In this document: positions 34,406 to 45,032 of the stretch, in pieces
Position numbering within the stretch: position 1 is the first letter of the stretch
Layout of the letters: each line of letters opens with the position of its first letter
Origin: Candidatus Levybacteria bacterium RBG_16_35_11
GTDB lineage: Bacteria > Patescibacteriota > Microgenomatia > Levybacterales > UBA12049
DNA length: 45,975 nucleotides
Direction: 5' to 3'
Assembly: GCA_001781995.1 (NCBI GenBank)
Contig: MFNH01000040.1
Coordinates: forward strand, 72,741 to 118,715
The notes under the pieces: generated by a model
Told to the model about the DNA's origin: nothing
Databases searched by the model: none
The model's input: only the letters and a program-made list of their open reading frames with translations
Position numbers and translations under genes: made by a program

Positions 34406-35161
34406 ATGAGCGACGTAACAGCGGTGATAATTACCAAAAACGAAGAAAAAAACATTGTGGATTGCCTGGAGACTTTAAAATGGGTTAAGCAAATAATAGT
34501 CATTGATGATTTTTCAGACGATCGAACAGCTGATGTTGCAAGAATTAACGGAGCAGAGGTTTTTAAACATACACTTGGACGGGATTTTTCAAAACAGAGA
34601 AACTTTGCTCTAGCTAAATGTAAGACTGACTGGGTATTGTTTATAGACGCGGACGAAAGGGTTTCAGAAAAACTAAAAAAAGAAATAGAATATCGACTAA
34701 GTGAGAGTAAAAACACCAATGGCTTTATTTTCAATAGAAAAGACATATTATGGGGAAGAACTCTAAACCATGGCGAAATGGGAAAGGTAAAATTATTAAG
34801 ACTGGCAAAAAGAGAATCAGGTGAGTGGCAAGGAAAAGTTCATGAGGCATGGAAGATTAATGGAAATGTAAAGGAGCTTAAAAACCCTCTAATTCACTAC
34901 CCACATCAGAACATTACGACATTATTTAGGGAAATAAATTTTTATACAAGTATAAGGGCTGAGGAACTGAGGAATAAAAACTTAGAATCTTCTTTGTATC
35001 AGATTATTTTTTACCCGGCTGGTAAATTTATTATGAATTATTTTATTAGATTAGGCTTCTTAGACGGGATACCGGGACTTATAATGGCGAATGCAATGAG
35101 TATGCACTCATTCCTCGTAAGAGGTAAGCTATGGTTGTCAAAAAGAAACAATCAAAAATAG
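34406..35161 (+). CDS. glycosyltransferase family 2 (WaaE/LgtF beta-glucosyltransferase-like)
   Basis: IITKNEE, IDDFSDD.T, DFSKQRNFA, WVLFIDADE, VHE, RLGFLDG.PG. Confidence 0.9.
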   Translation: MSDVTAVIITKNEEKNIVDCLETLKWVKQIIVIDDFSDDRTADVARINGAEVFKHTLGRDFSKQRNFALAKCKTDWVLFIDADERVSEKLKKEIEYRLSESKNTNGFIFNRKDILWGRTLNHGEMGKVKLLRLAKRESGEWQGKVHEAWKINGNVKELKNPLIHYPHQNITTLFREINFYTSIRAEELRNKNLESSLYQIIFYPAGKFIMNYFIRLGFLDGIPGLIMANAMSMHSFLVRGKLWLSKRNNQK

Positions 35162-35247
35162 AAATTATTTTCTTAGTCTGGTCGATTGCTATTCTCGTTT
35201 ATTATATTTATTCCCTACTTTGCAGAGGGGGAATTTGTTTTGGATAA
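35131..35247 (+). CDS. small single-TM protein (38 aa; MVVKKKQSKIEIIFLVWSIAILVYYIYSLLCRGGICFG), absent from the ORF track
   Basis: AAGAGGT SD 5 nt before ATG 35131. Basic N-terminus plus one TM. Stop 3 nt before the next ATG. Confidence 0.55.
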   Translation: MVVKKKQSKIEIIFLVWSIAILVYYIYSLLCRGGICFG

Positions 35248-35250
35248 ACT

Positions 35251-36843
35251 ATGTTTTCCTTTGCTTTTTTAGTTGGAATTTATTCATTTGGGATATTAGC
35301 TCTTGGCATTTCAACACAGCTACATAGAGAAAATGTTTTAGCGATTTCCATAATTTTTCTCTTGACCTTAATAGTCTTACTACTTAAGCTATTCAAAAAA
35401 ACGGAATTTAAGAGAGAAATTAAAAAAGCATTGCGCCCAAAGTTAAATCTGACTATTTTTATACTTATTATTTTTCAGGCGACTGTAAATCTGATAGGAG
35501 TTTTAGGCCCGGAAATTTCTTTTGATGCCCTCTGGTACCATTTGACATTACCAAAAATATTCCTTCAAAACCATGCCATATTTCATATTCCTGGTGGATT
35601 ACTATACTATTCAGATCTGCCAAAATTAGCTGAAACTTTATATATTCCTGCGTTATCTTCATCAGACGAAATTTTGGCAAAATTGATCCATTTCTTATTT
35701 GGGATTTTTTCAGCGTATGCTACCTACAAAATTTCCAGAAAATATTTAGATTATAAATATTCTCTTTTGGCTGTTCTCATTTTTTATTCCAACTTAGTTG
35801 TTGGTTGGCTTTCAATATCTGGTTATGTAGACTTAGTAAGGACATTTTTTGAAATAATCGCATTTTGGGCTTTCTTGGAATGGGTAGAAACGAAAAAAAT
35901 AAACTGGCTAATTGAGTCAGGGATTTTTGTTGGACTTTCCATCTCAACGAAACTCACAGGATTCATATCTTTATTTATTTACGTTTTTTTCCTGTTGTAT
36001 GTCTTAAGGAAAAAAGGAATTGCTGATAAACTGAAAAAACTTTTTACATTTATTGCCCTTTCAATAATTATTCCTCTTCCATATTTTGTTTTGTCATTCC
36101 TTAATACCGGTAACCCTATTTTTCCACTTTTTTCCAAGATATTGCCCTTAAACACACAATTAAACTTCCTAAAGTCTTTAAAAGATTCTTTTATACTATT
36201 AACCTCATCTCCTGATCCAATATCGCCTATTTATTTAATATCATTACCCTTAATAGTAATTTTCTTTAAAAAAATCAGTTTTTCCGCAAAGATAATTATT
36301 ACTTACTGTCTTTCTGCCTTCGTTTTGGTAATTTTTCTGCCGATAGGGGATAAAGCCAGATTCTTTCTACCCTATCTTCCTGCACTGTCTATTGGAATAA
36401 CCATTGTTTTTTCGAAGCTTGATAAAAGCACTATTCAAAAAACAGTATTTTTTGCTGCAATAATATTGTCGTTTATTTCAATAGGTTATCGCTTGGCCGC
36501 AAACTATAAATACATACCATATTTATTTGAAAGTGAAACTAAAGCAGAGTTTTTAGCAAAAAACCTTAATTTCTCATTTGGGGATTTTTACGACACAGAC
36601 GGTTTTTTAGGCAAAAAAATAAACTCAAGTGACAAAGCTTTGCTTTTTGGTTTTCATAACCTTTATTACATAAATTTCCCTTTCATCGACAGCAGCTTTG
36701 TAAAAAAAGGTGATAGTTTTAATTACATTCTCACGCAGAACTCTGAAATCCCTGATCAGTTTAAATATTGGCGATTGGTTTATTCAAACCCTTTGACAAA
36801 AGTTAATCTTTATTCATTAGGAGGCATTTGGTGGGTATATTAG
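35251..36843 (+). CDS. GT-C glycosyltransferase-like multipass membrane protein
   Basis: PEISFDALWYHLTLPK loop, YVDL, ISTK, TGNPIFP, RFFLP. Many TMs. Confidence 0.75.
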   Translation: MFSFAFLVGIYSFGILALGISTQLHRENVLAISIIFLLTLIVLLLKLFKKTEFKREIKKALRPKLNLTIFILIIFQATVNLIGVLGPEISFDALWYHLTLPKIFLQNHAIFHIPGGLLYYSDLPKLAETLYIPALSSSDEILAKLIHFLFGIFSAYATYKISRKYLDYKYSLLAVLIFYSNLVVGWLSISGYVDLVRTFFEIIAFWAFLEWVETKKINWLIESGIFVGLSISTKLTGFISLFIYVFFLLYVLRKKGIADKLKKLFTFIALSIIIPLPYFVLSFLNTGNPIFPLFSKILPLNTQLNFLKSLKDSFILLTSSPDPISPIYLISLPLIVIFFKKISFSAKIIITYCLSAFVLVIFLPIGDKARFFLPYLPALSIGITIVFSKLDKSTIQKTVFFAAIILSFISIGYRLAANYKYIPYLFESETKAEFLAKNLNFSFGDFYDTDGFLGKKINSSDKALLFGFHNLYYINFPFIDSSFVKKGDSFNYILTQNSEIPDQFKYWRLVYSNPLTKVNLYSLGGIWWVY

Positions 36844-38048
36844 TATTCCTGTTTGCTATTCTTTATATTCTAATTTTTCCGATAGGGGAATTATTAGGGT
36901 TTACATTTATTAAATCCGCTAATTTATCATTGCTTGATGTTTTTACATTTATAATATTTTTGTTTTGGTTAATTACGAGTAAGAAAAAGGGAATAAAAAA
37001 TAGCCTTTCACTGCCAATTGCTATTTTTATAGGAATTTTATTCCTCTCGTTTATAATAAACATGTCTGGAATCCCTCTCAATTTACTGACCGTTGCTTTT
37101 TTATATATTGTTAGGTGGCTTTTATACCTTTCTGTTTTTTTTGTTCTTATAAATTCGTCAAAAAGAGTAAAAAATCTTGTCCCCTATTTTATGAGCGGTG
37201 GGGGACTAATTGTTGTAATAATTGGTTATTTTCAGTACTTTTTATTCCCAAGTCTTCAAAGTCTCTATAAATATGGTTGGGATGAACATCTTTACCGTTT
37301 ATTCTCAAGTTTCCTAGACCCAAATTTCTGCGGAATAATAATATCTTTAGTGTTTATTCTCAACTTTTATTTTTTAAGATTTTTTAAAAAGGGACGTTTC
37401 AAAATTGTATTTTTTACTTTACAATTTCTCATTTTTGTTGCTCTTTTACTTACTTATTCAAGAAGCGCGTTGATTACGCTTATCGTATCCATAATAACAT
37501 TTTTAATTCTTGAAAAAAGAATGAAAATTGCCATTGTATTTATTGCAGGATGCATCATTAGCGTTTTTCTCCTATCTTCTGCAAATCCAATTTTAGAGCT
37601 TAAATTTGCAAGAACATATAAAACAGAAGGCACGAATTTTTTAAGGACGACTTCTGTACAGGCAAGGGTGAGATCAATTAAAGATGGGTTAACCTTGTTT
37701 AGCAAATACCCCGTTTTCGGAGTTGGTTTTAATAATTTAAGATACGCCCAATATAAGAGCGGAATTATTGGCGGGCCAAATTGGGAAACAACTCATGCCG
37801 GCGGAGGAACCGACAATAGCTTTCTTTTCGTAGCCGAAACAACAGGAATAGTTGGATTAGGAGCTTATCTATTTCTTTTGTACTCTATTTTTAGGAATCT
37901 TTTAAAGAAAAGGAAAGGTAAGCTAGCAGTTATTGCGATATCATCACTATCTGGGGTAATTGTTGGAACCTTCTTTATAAACGGGTTGTTTTATCCTTTC
38001 ATTATGCTTTGGCTATGGTCTTTAATTGGAATTACTCTGAATACTTGA
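36831..38048 (+). CDS. O-antigen ligase/Wzy_C family (WaaL/O-oligosaccharyltransferase-like) protein
   Basis: RLFSSFLDPN, LTYSRSA, R.....DG..LFSKYPVFGVGFN, DNSFL...ETTGIVG. GTG 36831 follows AGGAGG. Confidence 0.85.
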   Translation: MGILVFLFAILYILIFPIGELLGFTFIKSANLSLLDVFTFIIFLFWLITSKKKGIKNSLSLPIAIFIGILFLSFIINMSGIPLNLLTVAFLYIVRWLLYLSVFFVLINSSKRVKNLVPYFMSGGGLIVVIIGYFQYFLFPSLQSLYKYGWDEHLYRLFSSFLDPNFCGIIISLVFILNFYFLRFFKKGRFKIVFFTLQFLIFVALLLTYSRSALITLIVSIITFLILEKRMKIAIVFIAGCIISVFLLSSANPILELKFARTYKTEGTNFLRTTSVQARVRSIKDGLTLFSKYPVFGVGFNNLRYAQYKSGIIGGPNWETTHAGGGTDNSFLFVAETTGIVGLGAYLFLLYSIFRNLLKKRKGKLAVIAISSLSGVIVGTFFINGLFYPFIMLWLWSLIGITLNT

Positions 38049-38736
38049 CTTTAATTGTTTTTTCGGCTTTATTACCAGCTTGATCCGTTGCAACTACGAT
38101 TATTTCGTTTTCTCCGTTTTTTAAAGGAAGACTGTAAGAGTAGGTATTGCTCTCGTCGACGATAGCCCAAAATCCGTTTACAGTTACAGTTGTTCCTGAG
38201 TCTACTTTACCAGCTACATTAGCGGTTTTTTGTTCTTTTGAAAACTCCTCGCCATCGGCTGGAACGTCAATAGTTATTGAAGGCGCAGAGCTCTTATAGA
38301 CTACTGTAAAAATGTCTGAAAAATCACTTTTCCTTCCGTTAATCTCTACCTTTGTTTTTATTTGATTTTCTCCTGAATCTAATGTTTGAATAAATTTAAA
38401 GTTTCCATCTTCGTTAACTATTTCACTATTGACAAGTTGGTCATTTATAAAAAGTTGTAATGTGCCGTTTTTAATTGCCTTACCTGAAATTTCCAACTGG
38501 GCACTATTAGTTGCAAAAGGGATTGAATTTAAGATAGGGGGCTGGATGAATAAATTATCTTTAGCTTTTGTTTCGGGACCTGTTCTAAATCCGGAAACAA
38601 ATAATGCGAAATTTGCCATAAGCGGAATACCCAGTTTTACAATGAAAATAAAAACAACAGCTATTCCTAAAAGAGTTAGAATAATGTTTCTTTTGGTTTT
38701 CTTTTCCAATCTTCTTGAGCGTCTTGTTTTTTTCAT
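38032..38736 (-). CDS. membrane-anchored protein with two Ig-like domains
   Basis: Basic N-terminus plus TM, then two beta-rich repeats (ISGKA...L.SGENQI; VAGKV...L.NGENEIIVVATDQAGN). Confidence 0.8.
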   Translation of the reverse strand: MKKTRRSRRLEKKTKRNIILTLLGIAVVFIFIVKLGIPLMANFALFVSGFRTGPETKAKDNLFIQPPILNSIPFATNSAQLEISGKAIKNGTLQLFINDQLVNSEIVNEDGNFKFIQTLDSGENQIKTKVEINGRKSDFSDIFTVVYKSSAPSITIDVPADGEEFSKEQKTANVAGKVDSGTTVTVNGFWAIVDESNTYSYSLPLKNGENEIIVVATDQAGNKAEKTIKVKYSE

Positions 38737-38743
38737 GGTTTTG

Positions 38744-38816
38744 AGCCGACTGTCGGATTCGAACCGACGACCTACGCTTTACGAAAGCGCCGCTCTGCCA
38801 GCTGAGCTAAGTCGGC
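38744..38816 (-). tRNA. tRNA-Thr (anticodon CGT)
   Basis: GCCGACT/AGTCGGC acceptor, AGCTCAGCTGGCAGAGC D-arm, GCGCT-TTCGTAA-AGCGT anticodon arm, GTCGG-TTCGAAT-CCGAC T-arm. CCA not encoded. Confidence 0.95.
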
Positions 38817-38825
38817 AGCACATCT

Positions 38826-38854
38826 ATTTTAGGAGATTTAGGAAGCAAGAGCAA
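38826..38854 (-). promoter_or_regulatory. promoter for tRNA-Thr
   Basis: TTGCTC-17-TAAAAT on the minus strand, 9 nt upstream of the tRNA 5' end. Confidence 0.5.
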
Positions 38855-38896
38855 GGAAAGAGTTTGAAAATGGCTAAAGCGAGGAATTTATGACAT

Positions 38897-39310
38897 CTAT
38901 TTGGGGATAGTTCTTCTTTTTCTTGCTACATTTAGTTCTAAAATTGCTTTTTGAAGTTCTGCCTCGGCAATTCTAAGATCATGCTCCGATGCTTTTTCTT
39001 TCATTGCTCTCTCGGCTCTTTTCTGTGCCTCTTGGGCTTTGGCAACTTCAATATCTTCGGCTCTAAGTGCGTAATCAGCTAAAATGGTAGCTTTATTGTC
39101 GCCGACTTCTAAAAAACCTCCGCTGACCGCTAAATGCTGTGTGCGAGGACCTTTTTTTATTGTCAGCTCACCAGGAACAAGTCTTGTTAAGAGGCTGACA
39201 TGATTTTGCAACACGCCAATTTGACCCTGCTCGGTATTAACAAGGATTTCGTCAACTTCATCCTTAAAGACAATTTTTTCTGGGGTTACTATTTCAAATT
39301 GAAACGCCAT
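38897..39310 (-). CDS. atpC: ATP synthase F1 epsilon subunit
   Basis: EIVTPE, GQIGVL.NH, SGGFLEV, ILAD.A, C-terminal helical hairpin. Confidence 0.95.
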   Translation of the reverse strand: MAFQFEIVTPEKIVFKDEVDEILVNTEQGQIGVLQNHVSLLTRLVPGELTIKKGPRTQHLAVSGGFLEVGDNKATILADYALRAEDIEVAKAQEAQKRAERAMKEKASEHDLRIAEAELQKAILELNVARKRRTIPK

Positions 39311-39311
39311 G

Positions 39312-41565
<2,254 letters not shown>

Positions 41566-41567
41566 AG

Positions 41568-43085
41568 TTAATATTTAAATGTTTTTTTAAACTCCTCAGT
41601 CGCCTGATTAAGCTCTCTTAATAATTGGTCATTTGGTTTGTTTCCGGTTGATAGGGAATCCATGATCTTTTTATGGTTTCTCCTCATGTAATCATGGTAT
41701 TCTTTTTCAAATTTCAAAACCTCCTCAACGGGAACATCATCAAGCGCTCCGTTTGAGACAGCCCAGATACTTAAGTATTCCAAATCTTCGGGGAGTGGTT
41801 GATATTGCGATTGCTTTAAGATTTCAACTGTTCTCTTACCTCGCTCAAGCTGTGCGGCTGTTGCTGGATCAAGTTCCGACCCAAATTGAGCAAATGCAGC
41901 AAGATCATTATATTGCGACAATTCAAGCCTCATGATTCCTGAAATTGATTTCATAGCTCCTGTTTGAGCTGATCCTCCAACTCTTGAAACGGAAAGACCA
42001 ACATTGATTGCGGGTCTTATACCTGCATGAAATAAATTCTCTTGAAGATATATTTGTCCATCGGTGATAGAGATAACATTTGTGGGAATATATGCCGAAA
42101 CATCATTAGCTTGAGTTTCAATAATCGGTAACGCCGTAATTGACCCTCCGCCATTTTTTTTATTTAGCTTTACTGCACGTTCAAGCAGTCTACTGTGAAG
42201 ATAGAAAATATCCCCAGGATACGCTTCCCTTCCTGCGGGCCTCTTTAAAACAAGGGAAATTTGTCGATATGCCCATGCATGCTTTGTTAAATCATCATAA
42301 ACAATTAAAACATCCTGACCTTTTTCTAAGAAATATTCTCCAATTGCAACGCCCGCATACGGTGCAAGATATTGCAATGCGGCGGGATCTGATGCGTTTG
42401 CGGATACGACAATTGAAAACTTTAAAGCATCTGTCTCTTTCAATTTGTCTATGATTTGAGCAACTCTACTTTGCTTTTGACCGATTGCAACATAGATACA
42501 AATTAGAGGTTTTAATTTTTTCTGAATTGCTTGATTTATTATCGTGTCAATCGCTATTGCTGTTTTACCAAGCCCCCGGTCGCCAATAATTAGCTCTCTT
42601 TGACCTCTTCCGATAGGAATCATTGAATCTATTGCTTTTATCCCTGTTTTTACAGGTTCGTTTACTGGCTCCCTCAGGATTACTCCAGGAGCGATTTTTT
42701 CAAGAGGCATGTCCTTGCCTTTTTTAATTTTTGGTTTACCGTCCAAGGACTCTCCTAGAGGATTTATTATCCTTTGTAACAAATCCTCAGATGCATTAAT
42801 TGACAAAAGTCTTCCTGTTCTTTTGACTATTTCCCCCTCTTTTATATTGTCTCCTTTTCCAAGGAGGATTATGGAAACGTAATCCTCATCAAGGTTTAGC
42901 ACAAAACCCTCAGTTTTGTCTTCAAATACTACCAATTCACCCATTCCGACTTGCGATAAACCGGAAGCAACAATAACCCCATCGTTATTTTTTTCTACTT
43001 TTCCTACATTTTGTATTTTTGGACTAAGGCTGAAAGAGTCAAGTCCTTCCTGAAGTTCCTTAATAATTTCTTCGCTACTTATCAT
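41568..43085 (-). CDS. atpA: ATP synthase F1 alpha subunit
   Basis: GRGQRELIIGDRGLGKT, GREAYPGD.FYLHSRLLER, SVSRVG, FAQFGSELD. Confidence 0.97.
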   Translation of the reverse strand: MISSEEIIKELQEGLDSFSLSPKIQNVGKVEKNNDGVIVASGLSQVGMGELVVFEDKTEGFVLNLDEDYVSIILLGKGDNIKEGEIVKRTGRLLSINASEDLLQRIINPLGESLDGKPKIKKGKDMPLEKIAPGVILREPVNEPVKTGIKAIDSMIPIGRGQRELIIGDRGLGKTAIAIDTIINQAIQKKLKPLICIYVAIGQKQSRVAQIIDKLKETDALKFSIVVSANASDPAALQYLAPYAGVAIGEYFLEKGQDVLIVYDDLTKHAWAYRQISLVLKRPAGREAYPGDIFYLHSRLLERAVKLNKKNGGGSITALPIIETQANDVSAYIPTNVISITDGQIYLQENLFHAGIRPAINVGLSVSRVGGSAQTGAMKSISGIMRLELSQYNDLAAFAQFGSELDPATAAQLERGKRTVEILKQSQYQPLPEDLEYLSIWAVSNGALDDVPVEEVLKFEKEYHDYMRRNHKKIMDSLSTGNKPNDQLLRELNQATEEFKKTFKY

Positions 43086-43440
43086 ATCTGTCGATTATAA
43101 ATTCGTTAATGTTTTCTAAATTATTTCTTAAATTTAAATCGTATATTAAATCATTATCTATTAATTTTATACCCAAAATCAATTTCGGGTCTTCTTCTAT
43201 TAATACGGTTTTTTTAGGATATGCCGATTTTATCAGTAAAATATTATTCTTACTTATCATCTCTTTGTTTGGGACAACAACCCTGATAACTTTTTTTTCT
43301 TCAATTTTTTTTAATTCTTTTACATATTGCCTCAGCTGACTCGGTTTCAAAAGCTTTGCGATTTGCTTAACTTTCTTAACATCTAGTTTACCCCTAGTAT
43401 AGCTTCCTTGAGCCAATAGTTTAAATTGTTTTCTTGTCAC
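43075..43440 (-). CDS. atpH: ATP synthase delta subunit (shortened)
   Basis: Lies between atpF and atpA. C-terminal OSCP-like motif DPKLILGIKL...D.IYD.NL. Only 121 aa. Confidence 0.8.
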   Translation of the reverse strand: MTRKQFKLLAQGSYTRGKLDVKKVKQIAKLLKPSQLRQYVKELKKIEEKKVIRVVVPNKEMISKNNILLIKSAYPKKTVLIEEDPKLILGIKLIDNDLIYDLNLRNNLENINEFIIDRYDK

Positions 43441-43943
43441 TAATTACTCCTTTTTATATTTTTTAAAGCTCTTTCTATAATTTCGTCTTCTTCGTTTTTT
43501 GTAAATAAGCCTTTTAGCGATTTTTCAAGCAAAGACAGCGACATTTCGCTTATTCCCTTTGCTAATTTTTTCTCGGCCTCTCTGGTTTCCTGAATTATCT
43601 GGATTCTTGAATCCTCTAAAATTCGCTCAGCTTGCTTTTTTGCTTTTTCCTCAAGCTCAAGTGCCACTTCTTTAGACTGGCTTTTTACATCGTTTAATAT
43701 TTTGGCCGCATGTTCTTGTGCTTTTCTTATGATTTTATCCTGTTTTTCTTCGGCTTCTTCTAAAAGCTTTTTAGTCTCATTGGCCTGTTTTAAGCTCTCT
43801 TCGATTGTGTCTTTTCTTTTTTTAAGCATACTAAGCACCGGTTTATAGACAAACCTTTGCAAGGCAAATAATATTATTCCAAAATTTACTATTTGGGCTA
43901 CCAATAATAATGGCTCAATCCCAAATCTTTCTAGTAAGTTCAT
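43440..43943 (-). CDS. atpF: ATP synthase F0 subunit b
   Basis: QIVNF.I..F.L..FVYKP....L.KR, long coiled coil. Confidence 0.93.
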   Translation of the reverse strand: MNLLERFGIEPLLLVAQIVNFGIILFALQRFVYKPVLSMLKKRKDTIEESLKQANETKKLLEEAEEKQDKIIRKAQEHAAKILNDVKSQSKEVALELEEKAKKQAERILEDSRIQIIQETREAEKKLAKGISEMSLSLLEKSLKGLFTKNEEDEIIERALKNIKRSN

Positions 43944-43972
43944 AATGACTTATTTTGTAAAAACAAACTTGA

Positions 43973-44188
<216 letters not shown>

Positions 44189-44217
44189 TCACCCCCAATC
44201 ATTTTAATTATATCAGT

Positions 44218-44988
44218 CTATACGGCAGCAGCTAATTTTTGCCCTGCAGTATGTTTATCCTGGTGATGTGGTGTTGTAAATATTACCATAAATGCCATAG
44301 TCAACATTGAGAAAACTAATGCCTGAACAGCTCCTACTATTATTTCCAAAACCATAAAGGGAAGCGGAAAAAAGAAGGCAAACATACCAGCAACCGTAAA
44401 TATGACAACTTCACCTGCGAAAATGTTGCCAAATAGACGAAATGAAAACGAGACTATTTTTGCAAATTCCAAAACTATCTCTAAAAGTCCCACAAATAAA
44501 TTTATGGGATTTAAAGAAAAATATCTACTTAGGTAGTCTTTTATTCCTGTAAATTTTATACTCATTACATGTGTTGCAAAAACGGAGATTATCCCAAGCG
44601 CCAAAGTTAAATTAAGATCACTGGATGCCGCTCTAATAAGAGGGACAAGTGTTTTTTCATTACCATGTGTCTCGAAAATACCAATTGTTCCAACTCCAGG
44701 CAGCAGTCCGCTCCAATTTATTAGAAGGATAAATAGAAAAAAAGTCATTGCAATGGGAAAGATTTCTTTCACTCTCTTAGGAGTGATAGATTCAATAAGG
44801 TTATAGTAGGTTTCTACTGCAATTTCAACAATGTTTTGAAGAGTGCCCGGAATATACTTTACACCACGTGAGATAAAAATAATGAGGGCAAAAAGCAACA
44901 CATCTATTAGCAATGTGTCTAAAAGAGTGTTTGTAATCGAAAAAGAGCCAATATTAAATATAGGCTCTGCTGCAATTGGAATAGCCAT
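44218..44988 (-). CDS. atpB: ATP synthase F0 subunit a
   Basis: NW.GLLPG, SDLN.TL, SFSFRLFGNIFAGE (essential Arg), QALVF..LT. Confidence 0.95.
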   Translation of the reverse strand: MAIPIAAEPIFNIGSFSITNTLLDTLLIDVLLFALIIFISRGVKYIPGTLQNIVEIAVETYYNLIESITPKRVKEIFPIAMTFFLFILLINWSGLLPGVGTIGIFETHGNEKTLVPLIRAASSDLNLTLALGIISVFATHVMSIKFTGIKDYLSRYFSLNPINLFVGLLEIVLEFAKIVSFSFRLFGNIFAGEVVIFTVAGMFAFFFPLPFMVLEIIVGAVQALVFSMLTMAFMVIFTTPHHQDKHTAGQKLAAAV

Positions 44989-45003
44989 TTATTTTCCAGT
45001 TAT

Positions 45004-45032
45004 ATTTTACGGTTAAACGGAATTCAAGTCAA
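45004..45032 (-). promoter_or_regulatory. atp operon promoter
   Basis: TTGACT(45032-45027)-17-TAAAAT(45009-45004), 15 nt before the atpB ATG. Confidence 0.55.

Noticed and set aside
34348-34746. 132-aa minus-strand ORF and the other short antisense or alternative-frame ORFs inside ileS, parB, GTs, atp genes and dnaE
   Set aside because: Shadows of well-supported genes, without independent signals.
12563-38816. tRNA-bounded region as an integrated genomic island or prophage
   Set aside because: No integrase, transposase or phage gene, and I found no duplicated tRNA 3' end (att repeat) by eye.
38429-38893. 154-aa plus-strand ORF
   Set aside because: Antisense to tRNA-Thr and the Ig-domain gene; typical spurious tRNA-overlapping ORF.
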